Shown here one piece after another: positions 29,857 to 39,209 of a stretch of DNA of 64,000 bases; position 1 is the first letter of the stretch, and every line of letters begins with the position of its first letter. Under the pieces are notes generated by a model, which searched no databases, was not told the origin of the DNA, and was given only the letters and a program-made list of their open reading frames with translations. The DNA is from an uncultured delta proteobacterium (GTDB lineage Bacteria > Desulfobacterota > Binatia > UBA9968). The stretch covers positions 128,001 to 192,000 of the forward strand of contig CAVSHR010000011.1 of the NCBI GenBank assembly GCA_963727625.1. Reading direction: 5' to 3'. The translations under genes and the position numbers were made by a program.

Positions 29857-30693
29857 CTAGAAAAACGCTAGAGTGCGCATTTCGATGCTTTCGCGCGGCG
29901 GCGCGTCAACTGGACTGGCCGGGTCGTCAAAGGCGCAGTGGGCGGTCCAGCGAGCCCGCCCGTCTTTCAACGAGTCAAAGCATTTAAACACCATCGCTTC
30001 GTTGCGCTGCATCTTGGGAAAGTAGTACCAGCGATGCGCGGGGTTGAAGGTCGAGTGATACACTTCGCCGACCCGATTCGGGTAGACCCGTGAGCTGGCG
30101 ACCAGCTCCTTGATACCGATGCTGCGGGCATCGGCGATCGCGAGCGGTTCGCGCTCTACTGGATGGCGAATCGGCCGCCAGGTCTGAATCACGGCGAAAC
30201 GATACTTGAGCAACTCCTCGGCCTCGTCGGGCAGAAGGTCGCGTACGCGCTGCGGTCCGGACCACTCGGTGTAATCGTTGTGCGCGTTGCGCACCGGTCC
30301 GCCGATTTGCTGCGATTCACGTATGGCGCTGTCGGCGGAGCGCAGCGTGTGGTCGAAAACCAGGACCCGTTTAGCGCCGGATTTTTCTTTCACGAGTTGC
30401 TCGGTTTCCGGATAATAGATTGCGCGCACTTCGGCTTCGTCGTAGAAATTAGTTACCTTGGTTTCATGCTTTACCAAGATGAAACCTTCGCGATCGAGTG
30501 ACAGCCGGTCGGCGATGGCCCGGCCGTCATAGACCGGTATTTTGTATTCCTGATATTTGCCCTTACGCTTTTGGTCCGCCTCGGCGGCGCCGACACCGCC
30601 GTAACTGGCCGGTTTGTCGCCGGTGTCGATCAAGTAATTGAGCATGGCCTCGATGGCCGGCGCTTGGTCTGCGATCGGTTCGGCTCGCGACAT
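29857..30693 (-). CDS. CmcJ/NvfI-family Fe-dependent oxidoreductase
   Basis: LSLDREGF, VFDHTLR, AHNDYT, WRPI, PLAIADARS, TAHCAF, PPRESIEMR; GGAGG RBS. Confidence 0.85.
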   Translation of the reverse strand: MSRAEPIADQAPAIEAMLNYLIDTGDKPASYGGVGAAEADQKRKGKYQEYKIPVYDGRAIADRLSLDREGFILVKHETKVTNFYDEAEVRAIYYPETEQLVKEKSGAKRVLVFDHTLRSADSAIRESQQIGGPVRNAHNDYTEWSGPQRVRDLLPDEAEELLKYRFAVIQTWRPIRHPVEREPLAIADARSIGIKELVASSRVYPNRVGEVYHSTFNPAHRWYYFPKMQRNEAMVFKCFDSLKDGRARWTAHCAFDDPASPVDAPPRESIEMRTLAFF

Positions 30694-30715
30694 TTTAAAC
30701 CTCCGCCGACGGGCG

Positions 30716-31357
30716 CTATCTTCTCGGCAGCATCTCGCAGGGCGTTTGCCTTGGCCCCAGGCTCTCGTAGTAGCCATTCTTTTCGGGAATGTAGCGGCCC
30801 TGGTTGAACTCGCCGCCTTTCTGGCTTCGGATAATCACCGCTACGGTGCGCTCGCCGACGGTGATTTCGGTATGGACCTCGTAGGGTTTGACCAGATCGA
30901 TCTCGCCCGGACCGACGAGCAGGTTGCTGCTCTCACGAATCTCGGCGTAATCGGGCTTGGAGCGGTCGTCGAGCCGGTCGTAGCGCACCACCCTCTCGCG
31001 GCCGTCGAGCACGCCGTAGAGCGTGTAAATATGGGCGTGGTCGTGGATCCGCGCGGGCCGGCCGTGGCGCGCGTCGCCCTTGGTGAGACCATTGATGGCG
31101 AAACCGTAATCCGGATCTTCGTAGAACAGTAAGTTTTCCGCGCGCCCGTCGGCGGGTACGCAGTCAGGCCAGTGCTTCGACGCCTCGATGACTTCGGGGT
31201 CTGCCAACAGCTCAGCCAAAATCGGCCGCAGCCCGTTCCAGCGTTTGTCCAAATCCGCTTCGTTGGCGAACAGGGCCCGGGTTTTTCGCACGAAGCATTC
31301 CATGGCGTTTTCGCTTTGGTTTTGAGTTTGGCTCTGCATCACAGTCTGAGTTTCCAT
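30716..31357 (-). CDS. Cysteine/thiol dioxygenase-like cupin
   Basis: LLFYEDPDYGF, IHDHAHIYTLYGVLDG, EVHTE (probable 3-His site). Confidence 0.75.
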   Translation of the reverse strand: METQTVMQSQTQNQSENAMECFVRKTRALFANEADLDKRWNGLRPILAELLADPEVIEASKHWPDCVPADGRAENLLFYEDPDYGFAINGLTKGDARHGRPARIHDHAHIYTLYGVLDGRERVVRYDRLDDRSKPDYAEIRESSNLLVGPGEIDLVKPYEVHTEITVGERTVAVIIRSQKGGEFNQGRYIPEKNGYYESLGPRQTPCEMLPRR

Positions 31358-31366
31358 GATTCCTCC

Positions 31367-32536
31367 CTATAGCTGCAACGGCTGTTGGTTGTTTTCGGTT
31401 CTGTCGTTGTAAATCGCGTTCGCAGCGCCATAAAAGCGCGCGCAGTTGTCCCAAAGGATCTTGCGCTTGTCTTCATCCGATAGCGATAGTTTGAGAAAAC
31501 TCTCGACGGCGTGGGGATATTTCGAATCGCCGTGCGGATAGTCGGTGGAAAAGACCAGCTGATCGCAGCCGAACTCTTCGATGGTGTGGCGCGCCGGGGT
31601 CTCATCCGGTTCGACGGAGATGAAGCATTGGCGCTTAAAGTATTCGCTCGGCGCCAATTTGAGGTCTTGCATGAAGATATCGCCTTCGCGCTCGTAACCT
31701 TCATCCAGGCGCCAAAGCAGCCAGGGCAGCCAGGAGCAGTTCGCTTCAAGGAACGCGACCTTCATGTTCGGGTGGCGCTCCAATATGCCGCCGCCGAGAA
31801 AACTGCCCAGACCGAGCATCTGTTCGAAGGGCTGGGCGTAGACGCGGCGCATGCCGAAATTGGGCTCGAAATTCTCGGCGCATTGGCGCGAGCGCGATGC
31901 CGAAGCTTCGTGAAAGCCCAGCGGTAGATTGAGCTCCTCGAGCGTCTCCCAGAGCGGTTCATAGGCGGGGTCGTACCAGTTCTTGCCGTTGACGATGTTC
32001 GAGCGCAGAAACACCGAGCGAAAGCCGTAATCCGTAGCCACCCGGCGAGCCTCCGCGATGGCATCGTCGATCTCGTAAACCGAGATCATGCCGGCGCCGA
32101 GCAGCCGTTGCGGGTTGGCCTGGCAAAAATCATGCAGCCAGTCATTGTAAGCGCGCGCCATGGCGGCTGCGAAGCGCGGATTTTGATTGGGGAACGTGAG
32201 AATGCCCAACCCCCGAGTCGGAAACAGTACGGCGACGTCGATGCCTTCGGTGTCCATTGCTTCGAGCTGCACTGCGCCAGTCCAGCCGCGCTCGGAGTGA
32301 TTTCGATAGATATCCTGGTTCTTGTTGAAGTTGCGGCCGAGGTGGGGCGTGCCGTTGGTGCGTCTGGTCTGCGCCGGAATGTCGGGAAAGATCATGCCGA
32401 GATCGCGCACGTTCTCCGACGTGCGCCCGCGCGGCGCCCGCTCGCGAAACTCCGGCGCGATATAGCGCTGCCAAAGATCGGGCGGTTCCATAATATGCAT
32501 GTCACTGTCGAACACCTTAAAGCCGTTTTTCGCCAT
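31367..32536 (-). CDS. Amidohydrolase-2 family protein
   Basis: FDSDMHIMEP, RAYNDW, FLEANCSWLP, FSTDYPH. Confidence 0.9.
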   Translation of the reverse strand: MAKNGFKVFDSDMHIMEPPDLWQRYIAPEFRERAPRGRTSENVRDLGMIFPDIPAQTRRTNGTPHLGRNFNKNQDIYRNHSERGWTGAVQLEAMDTEGIDVAVLFPTRGLGILTFPNQNPRFAAAMARAYNDWLHDFCQANPQRLLGAGMISVYEIDDAIAEARRVATDYGFRSVFLRSNIVNGKNWYDPAYEPLWETLEELNLPLGFHEASASRSRQCAENFEPNFGMRRVYAQPFEQMLGLGSFLGGGILERHPNMKVAFLEANCSWLPWLLWRLDEGYEREGDIFMQDLKLAPSEYFKRQCFISVEPDETPARHTIEEFGCDQLVFSTDYPHGDSKYPHAVESFLKLSLSDEDKRKILWDNCARFYGAANAIYNDRTENNQQPLQL

Positions 32537-32653
32537 AGCCACTACCTCTATTATATTTCTATCGAGCGTAATGCCGACCAAGGGTCGATGTCAAGTTATG
32601 GCTGCAAATCGGGACGGCGCGATCTCCGCGCCCTACAGCGCATTGATCCTTCA

Positions 32654-32683
32654 TTGACAAACTCAAGCCGGCGGTTTTAGAGT
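32654..32683 (+). promoter_or_regulatory. Sigma-70-type promoter candidate for the reductase pair
   Basis: TTGACA-N18-TAGAGT. Confidence 0.4.
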
Positions 32684-32721
32684 CGAATCATTCGTGAGCT
32701 GATAGAGGGTCGGTTTATTTT

Positions 32722-33996
32722 ATGAGCCTTACACTCGCCGTTCATCCGGTTGACGAAATTCGCTTCGGTCCCGCTATACGCTTGGAAAACTCGGCACTGA
32801 TCGTCGATCAGGAAGAGTTGCGCCGGCTGGTGCTGCAAGATGCGCGCTTCGATGCGGTGGATTTTGCGATATGCCGACCGGGCGAGAGTTGCCGTGCCGG
32901 GCCGGTGTTCGATATCGTCGAGCCTCGTGCCAAGGAGGCCGGTGGCAGTCCCGATTGGCCCGGGGTGCTCGGCGCGCCGCAAACCGCGGGCAGGGGCACG
33001 ACTCATGTTCTTCAAGGGGCGGCCGTTACCGTGTTGCACGAAGAATCGCCGGGTGAGTCGCGTGGTGCGACCGGATATATTTTGGAAATGAGCGGAGCGG
33101 CCGGCGCGGGAAGCCACTACGCGACTTTGCAGCACCTAATCGTTATCCCGCACACGCATGCGGAGCGGCCGGCGCACTCGCGCCACCGGGCTTACCGACT
33201 GGCCCAATTGAAAGTCGCGGTACGTTTGGCACAAGCGAGCTTTGCTGCGGCGCCAAATAGCAGCGAGATTCTCGATAATTCCATCGATAAGGATCGCGCC
33301 GACTTACCCCGGCTGGCCTATGTCGGGCAAATCTTTTCCCGGCAAAGAAAACCGGAAGCCGAAGAAGCGATTCTCTACGGCGCCGACACTGACGGCATGC
33401 TGCCGACTCTGCTCCATCCCAACGAGTGGCTGGACGGCGCGGTGTTGCCGTCCTACCACGTCTCGCTCGGCGGCGCGGAGACTTACTTTTATCAAAACCA
33501 TCCCGTCATCGATGCGCTGTACCGGCGCCATCTGGCTCGCGAATTAAACTTCATCGGCACCGTGGCGACCATCGCTTCGGCGGACAACTTCGACCGCGAA
33601 CGCAATACTCGCTTTGCCGCCAATCTGATCAAGTGGGCGCTCAGAGCCGACGCAGCGGTGCTGACAAAGTTCGGCGGGGGCGTGCCGCACACGGATTTAT
33701 CGGAGACCGCGCGTTTGCTCGAATGGGACGGAGTCAAAACCGCTGTCCAAGTCACCGACCTGGCGCGCGATCATCGCGTGGAATCGGCGCTGCTGTTCAA
33801 TTTTCCCGAGGTCGACGCCATCGTTTGCATCGGCGGCAATGGCACGAGCTGGACACTGCCGCCGGTAGCGCGCGTGTTCGCGGCGAATAGCGGCTTTGCC
33901 GAGCTGCTCGCCGGGCCGGTGGAAATCGCTTCGCTCAACGTCGTCGGCGTGGCCAACCAGCAAGGCGCGTCACGCTTGCGCTCGATAGTCTATTAG
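32722..33996 (+). CDS. Glycine/sarcosine/betaine reductase component B subunit (GrdE/GrdI-like)
   Basis: PGESCR..PVFDIVEPRAK, GRGTTHVLQG, LHPNEWLDGA, TYFYQNHPVI, DAIVCIGGN. Confidence 0.85.
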   Translation: MSLTLAVHPVDEIRFGPAIRLENSALIVDQEELRRLVLQDARFDAVDFAICRPGESCRAGPVFDIVEPRAKEAGGSPDWPGVLGAPQTAGRGTTHVLQGAAVTVLHEESPGESRGATGYILEMSGAAGAGSHYATLQHLIVIPHTHAERPAHSRHRAYRLAQLKVAVRLAQASFAAAPNSSEILDNSIDKDRADLPRLAYVGQIFSRQRKPEAEEAILYGADTDGMLPTLLHPNEWLDGAVLPSYHVSLGGAETYFYQNHPVIDALYRRHLARELNFIGTVATIASADNFDRERNTRFAANLIKWALRADAAVLTKFGGGVPHTDLSETARLLEWDGVKTAVQVTDLARDHRVESALLFNFPEVDAIVCIGGNGTSWTLPPVARVFAANSGFAELLAGPVEIASLNVVGVANQQGASRLRSIVY

Positions 33997-34050
33997 GTAT
34001 GAGGCTTGGGCGTGAGTTAATTCGGTTTCAATAGGCGAGTAGGGAAAACT

Positions 34051-34084
34051 GTTCAAAACGTTCAAAAATGTTCAAGGCGTTCAA
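34051..34084. repeat. Four tandem GTTCAA units
   Basis: GTTCAAAAC-GTTCAAAAAT-GTTCAAGGC-GTTCAA. Confidence 0.7.
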
Positions 34085-34128
34085 CTCGCTGAGATAAAGC
34101 AGTGCCGAGACTTGGATAAGGAGCTGTG

Positions 34129-35415
34129 ATGCGGGTCGTACATTATCTGAATCAGTTTTTCGGTGGGCTGGGCGGCGAGGAAAAAGCCGGCGCCTCGCTG
34201 GAATTGCGCGAGGGAGCCGTGGGTCCGGGCAAACTGTTGGAGCAACTGCTTGGCGCCGAGGCGCAGTTAGTGCAGACGTTGATTTGCGGCGATAACTTTG
34301 CGGTTGAAAATCAAGAAGCGCTCGTTGCCACGGCTTTAGAGCAGGTTCGTCAAGCCAAGGCGGACTTGTTCGTTGCCGGCCCCTGTTTTCTGGCGGGACG
34401 CTACGGCGTGGCCGCCGGCGCTCTCTGCACGGCGGTACGGGCAAGACTTGGCATTCCAGCAGTCACCGCCATGGCGCGGGAGAATCCCGGGGCCGACCTT
34501 TATCGCGAGACACTGTATATCATTGACTCCGCCGACAATGCCGCCAAGATGCGCGAGGTGCTGGAAAGGATGGTACAACTTGCCGGAAAGCTGCTGAGGC
34601 ATCAAAGCATTGGTTTGCCCAAAGAAGAAGGTTATATTCCGCGCGGCTTGATTCGCGACGAGTTCGTAGAGCGAAATGCCGGGGAGCGGCTGGTCGATAT
34701 GGTTATGGCGAAAGTCAAAGGCGCGGCTTTTGAATCGGAAATGCTGCCCGCTACCTTTGCTGCCGTGCCGATGCCGGCGCCGTTAAAAAATCTAAAAAAT
34801 GCCAGATTGATGCTGATCACCGATGGAGGTCTGGTGCCGAAAGGCAATCCCGACAAAATTCAAGGCTCGGCGGCGACGCGCTGGGGATCCTACAGCATCA
34901 AAAATTGCGACGATTTGAAAGGCGAGGACTACGAGATCTCTCATGGCGGCTATGACGCACAATTCGTGCGCCAGGATCCCGACCGTCTGGTGCCGCTCGA
35001 CGTCATGCGTGAGCTGCAAAAAAACGGCGTTATCGGCGAGCTCTGCGATGAGTTCATTTCCACATCAGGCTTAGCCAATCCGTTATCCAACACCCGGCGC
35101 ATGGGTCGCGAGATGGCTGAAAAGGCCAAGCAGCTCGGCATCGACGCGATCATTCTAACGTCGACTTGAGGCACCAGCACTCGCAGCGGCGCTGCGATTA
35201 CGACGGAATTGGAAAAGGCCGGCATCCCGACGGTGCAGATCACTTCGGCATTGTCTGTAGCAAAAATGGTCGGTGCCAACCGCGTAGTGCTCGGCAACGG
35301 CATCGTGCACGTCGTCGGTGACGCGAACATGCCGGCCGATGAAGAAAAAAAACTCAGACGCCAATTGGTCGAAAATGCGTTGGCGGCGTTGCGGGAGGAT
35401 AGATCGCAAAATTAA
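34129..35415 (+). CDS. Glycine/betaine reductase-family selenoprotein B (Sec at TGA 35167-35169), 428 aa
   Basis: VHYLNQFFGGLGGEEKA, AGP.FLAGRYG, TDGGLVPKGNPD, HGGYD, DPDRLVPLD; reading through TGA gives ILTST-U-GTSTRSGAAITTELEKAGIP...VGANR, continuing GrdB homology; fuses ORF-track entries 34126..35169 and 35209..35415. Confidence 0.9.
35181..35197 (+). promoter_or_regulatory. Bacterial SECIS-like hairpin
   Basis: TCGCAGC-GGC-GCTGCGA, perfect 7-bp stem with G-first loop, separated from the UGA by an 11-nt spacer. Confidence 0.75.
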
Positions 35416-35649
35416 GAACGATATCGGCGACATTTGGCCGGTAACCTCTAACGTTCGCTACGGCTAAAATTTTTCGATAAATGACATATTCTCTGTTCGA
35501 ACGATTTGATCGTTTCATTGAAACGAGGGCGATTCGAGCAGTCGGAAAGTTGCTTCACGTAAAACTTTCGACAGTCTGCCCAATGTCGAACGTCGACCTC
35601 GATCAATTCGCAGCCGCTAAAGGATATGCTAGCCTAATTCAAAATCACC

Positions 35650-36765
35650 ATGAATCGACGCTTGATCGGGCCAACGGTTATTACTCTCCTCCTTTGCGGA
35701 TGGGTGGCGGATTACTTGTATCTCAGCCAGTCGCCTTGGAGTATCGTCCGTTTTCTCGAAAAATGCTTCTCAGTCCTCGCGACGATTTTTGCGCTCCCGG
35801 TCAATTCTGCTGTCTCTGGCTGGTTGAGTCATTTGTTACTGCCGGCTTCCCTCATCGCTATCGCGTTAATTCTTGTTTGGTTCAGCGTTGCACGAGCTAA
35901 ACGGGCGATGACGATAGCGACGCCGGATGTCGAGCTTGCGCCGGCGGCGCCGGCTCGGATAACAGCGCCGCCGTCCCAAGCCCGTGTTAGCGAGCAAAGT
36001 TCGCCCCCGAGTAAAATCCGGCATTCTACTTTGATGCGCCGGCTGGTTGTCAGTTTTAGCGTACTCAGTGTCGTATTCGGCGTGATTGTTTGTTTGATCG
36101 TCTACAGTTTTCTCGGCGCGGTCATTGAAAAAGACGTTAAGGGCCGCGCCGATGTGATAGCGCTTGGTTTACGCGAGATGGCCGGGCCAGGATCAGGGGG
36201 AGCTCGGACGCAAGAACTCGCCGCAGCGCTCGACAAGTACGTCTCGGACGATGCGGTCGCATACAGCTACGTTGAGAATGGTAAAGGCGAGATCGTAGCT
36301 CATTGGCCGGCGGATTTGCTGCGCTACCTGAACCGAGATTTTCCTGGTTCGGCGGAACAGGCGCTTAATGGCGCCGACGGCGAGTATCGTAATTTGCCGA
36401 TCCATGAAATTACCAAGCGGATCGGTGACCGTAACGGCGGATTCGTGCATTTGGCGATCTGGCAAAAGGTGGGCAATGACGAGGCCCGTCGCGTGACCGC
36501 CAGGATTGCGGCGATCGTTTTTGCCGGTCTGTTCGGCGTGACCGCCGTCTTCAGCCGCGTCATGCGCTCCCTAAACCGGCCCTTTGTCGAAATAGTCGAT
36601 CATGCGGAGCGCATTAGCAAGGGAGATTTTGACGTGCCTTTAGTGGTCCAGCGCAGGGACGAGATTGGCGAGCTCGCGCGCTCTCTGGAACGCATGCGAT
36701 CGAGCCTGCGTGCGGTGACCACCCGGCTCGAGCAGGTTCAATTGACCGAGCAGTCGTCGAAATAG
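35650..36765 (+). CDS. Membrane protein with C-terminal HAMP domain and no output domain
   Basis: Several TM segments; RISKGDFDVPL...DEIGELARSLERMRSSL then stop. Confidence 0.8.
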   Translation: MNRRLIGPTVITLLLCGWVADYLYLSQSPWSIVRFLEKCFSVLATIFALPVNSAVSGWLSHLLLPASLIAIALILVWFSVARAKRAMTIATPDVELAPAAPARITAPPSQARVSEQSSPPSKIRHSTLMRRLVVSFSVLSVVFGVIVCLIVYSFLGAVIEKDVKGRADVIALGLREMAGPGSGGARTQELAAALDKYVSDDAVAYSYVENGKGEIVAHWPADLLRYLNRDFPGSAEQALNGADGEYRNLPIHEITKRIGDRNGGFVHLAIWQKVGNDEARRVTARIAAIVFAGLFGVTAVFSRVMRSLNRPFVEIVDHAERISKGDFDVPLVVQRRDEIGELARSLERMRSSLRAVTTRLEQVQLTEQSSK

Positions 36766-37023
36766 CTCGGTCGCCGCATCAACGGCGCCGCGAACCGACC
36801 GATGCCGCGTGAATACGGCGACCCGAATCCAGCACAAAGCGGCGCTGCGGCGTTAGTGATGCTTGGCAACCTAAGATTGGTTTTCTAATTGAATTTTAAG
36901 GTTTCTTTTGGCTAGAATGAGCGGCCCGAGCGAGTGAGACGTTCGGGACCTCGCGCTACTGTTTTATAGTCTATCGAATTGGCGAACGCGGAGTTGTCCT
37001 CGGCAAGTGATCATCAGTGATCC

Positions 37024-38166
37024 ATGAGAAATCGATTTTTAATTGGTATTTTAGTTCTCGCGCTTGGTTGCTCTACGCTCGGCCTAATTTTATTGCGCGC
37101 CGGAGAACACGGCTCGGTAACATTGCAAGATCTTTCGGTGGATGACGTCCGGGGATCTCTGCTCGGATTCAGATTCAATGAGTTCGTCCAAACCGTCCGC
37201 GACGGCGCGAGGCAGCCGGTAGACATGGACGTGGAGTCGTTCTTGTACGGTTTGCTAGCGTTGTGCGGCATATTATTAGCGTTGCGCACGCTGGCTTTTG
37301 CTGCCCGCATTTATCGTAGCAAACGGTGGTCGGAACCACCGGCCTATATTTCAAGGAGTCAGTCCAACATCGGGGCGGTTCGTGCGACGGCAGCGCCGGC
37401 GCCGCGATCAACCAGCTTATGGTCGAAAATTGTCTTCTGTGGCCACGGCCTGACCGGCAAGACGATTTTAGCCTTTACGGTAATCATCGCCGTTTTTGGT
37501 TTGTTGACGATCGCGACGGTTTATTTCGCGCTCACGACTTCGCTCCGTAGGCAGGCTATTGAGCGCGCCCGAGTTACGGCGGTAAACGTTAGCGACAGCG
37601 CGCCCGGCTTTGTTTTCAAGAAAAATTTCACCGGATTACGGGCTCTGCTCAGCAAATATACCAGCCGAAAAGGTATGGCATATATTCTGGTCGAAAATCG
37701 TGCGGGTGAGATCATGGCCTATAGTTTCGCTGTGGTGCCGAAGGAAGTGAAGGACCCGGTGCCAGGCCGCACGGGGTCCCTTGAAGGGCCGCGCCGCGCG
37801 CAATCGGGGCGGAGCGATATCTATGAGGTGACGGTGCCTATCTTGGAAGGCAGAATCGGCACCGTCAGGCTGGGAATTTGGCGCGTTGCTATCGACGCGG
37901 AAATCTTTCAGACGGTCATGCCGTTGATTCAAATCATCGCTCTGGTCATCGTCGGCGGAATTATACTGGCGATCGTCTTGGGTTGGCAGATCAACCGTCC
38001 GATCATTAGGCTGGTCAATGCCGCGAAATCGATCAGCCACGGCGAGCTTGATACGCCGTCGCTCGGGCTCGAAGACACCACTGAGTTCGGTGAATTATCG
38101 CGCGCTCTCGAACGGATGCGATCGAGTGTGAAGGCGGCGATGATCCGCTTGAGCCAGGAGCGGTGA
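37024..38166 (+). CDS. Membrane protein with C-terminal HAMP domain and no output domain (paralog)
   Basis: RPIIRLVNAAKSISHGELD...EFGELSRALERMRSSVKAAM then stop. Confidence 0.82.
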   Translation: MRNRFLIGILVLALGCSTLGLILLRAGEHGSVTLQDLSVDDVRGSLLGFRFNEFVQTVRDGARQPVDMDVESFLYGLLALCGILLALRTLAFAARIYRSKRWSEPPAYISRSQSNIGAVRATAAPAPRSTSLWSKIVFCGHGLTGKTILAFTVIIAVFGLLTIATVYFALTTSLRRQAIERARVTAVNVSDSAPGFVFKKNFTGLRALLSKYTSRKGMAYILVENRAGEIMAYSFAVVPKEVKDPVPGRTGSLEGPRRAQSGRSDIYEVTVPILEGRIGTVRLGIWRVAIDAEIFQTVMPLIQIIALVIVGGIILAIVLGWQINRPIIRLVNAAKSISHGELDTPSLGLEDTTEFGELSRALERMRSSVKAAMIRLSQER

Positions 38167-38214
38167 AACTTGCGCTATCTTAATTTTCACGAGGATTGCC
38201 ATTGTTGATAGATA

Positions 38215-38425
38215 TCATCGTCCCAATACCTCTGCCCCATTTTTCCGCGTCGGACACCAGTGTGTTACGCTTGCTGACGTCATCGGGGCCGCCGTTGGCA
38301 AGGTCTTTGAAAGCGGGCCACGGTATTCGAGCCGAGCGGCGAGCCAATCGTCGGCATCCTGGTCCATGCCTATCTTTCCTTTCCACTTTGCCTGCAAGAG
38401 GTCGTCGATGGATTTGGGCGCCCGG
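38215..38425 (-). pseudogene. Remnant of an ABC-transporter extracellular solute-binding protein
   Basis: APKSIDDLLQAKWKGKIGMDQDADDWLAA matches the P.s..DLl.pkwKGki SBP motif but has no N-terminus and loses frame. Confidence 0.55.
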
Positions 38426-38537
38426 GCGCGGCGACCACGAGAGGGTTTGAAAACCAAAGCCTAGAGTAGTGAGTGAAAGAAGCGCAGTGCGCGGTTGAAA
38501 ATGCGCCACTGGTCGATCTCCCTCCTTTAGTTCCGCA

Positions 38538-39038
38538 TTAAATAGGGTTGCCAAGGCGAAAGGTTTTCCCAGCCAGTCGCGCCACGGGGGCGATTTGGTC
38601 GTCCATATGCGCGGCAAGCGCTTCGCCGATAAAGAGAAACAATTCACCCACCTTTACCTCCTGAACCACGCGGCATTCCACGTTGGCGTGACAACCGGCG
38701 ACCAGCGGCGCTCGCACCTGTTGGGCCGGAAGGGTTTCCAATCCCAGGGCGAGAAACTTGTCTTCGACGTTGCGCCCGGACAGCTCGCGGCTGCGATTGA
38801 CCGCGTGCAGTTGATTTTCCGAGCACACGTTGACGACGAACTCGCCACTCTTTTGGATCATCTCGCGGCTGAAGTTGGTGTCTTGAATACCGATCACCAG
38901 GAGCGGCGGATCATCGGAAATTCCCAGGGCGCGGAAGGCAAACTGCACATTGCGCTTGCCTTCATAAGCGGTCGAGATCAGGTAAAGGCCGGTGGGGGTG
39001 ACGCGGTACGCGAGCGGCAATGCAACTTTGGTCAACAT
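38538..39038 (-). CDS. Flavin reductase-like protein
   Basis: DPPLLVIGI, SGEFVVNV, SGRNVEDKF, APLVAGCHANVECRV. Confidence 0.88.
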   Translation of the reverse strand: MLTKVALPLAYRVTPTGLYLISTAYEGKRNVQFAFRALGISDDPPLLVIGIQDTNFSREMIQKSGEFVVNVCSENQLHAVNRSRELSGRNVEDKFLALGLETLPAQQVRAPLVAGCHANVECRVVQEVKVGELFLFIGEALAAHMDDQIAPVARLAGKTFRLGNPI

Positions 39039-39209
39039 GTTTCTCCCGGTAAGCGAATTAGTTTTTTTTGGAAGGCTGCGTCGAGACCTTTGTGGCAGCG
39101 TTCCTCGGCGGCGACCCGATCGTCCACCCGCACGACGAAATGGTCCAGCGACTGTGCCAAGTTCAACGCTGACATGACATAGGGCCGCCGCTGCTTTATT
39201 CTGTGCCGC

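Noticed and set aside
34051-34084. CRISPR-like or operator array
   Set aside because: Units are only 9-10 nt with no spacers or cas genes; treated as a simple short tandem repeat
35209-35415. Separate 68-aa ORF after the reductase gene
   Set aside because: It is the in-frame C-terminus of the selenoprotein after UGA read-through
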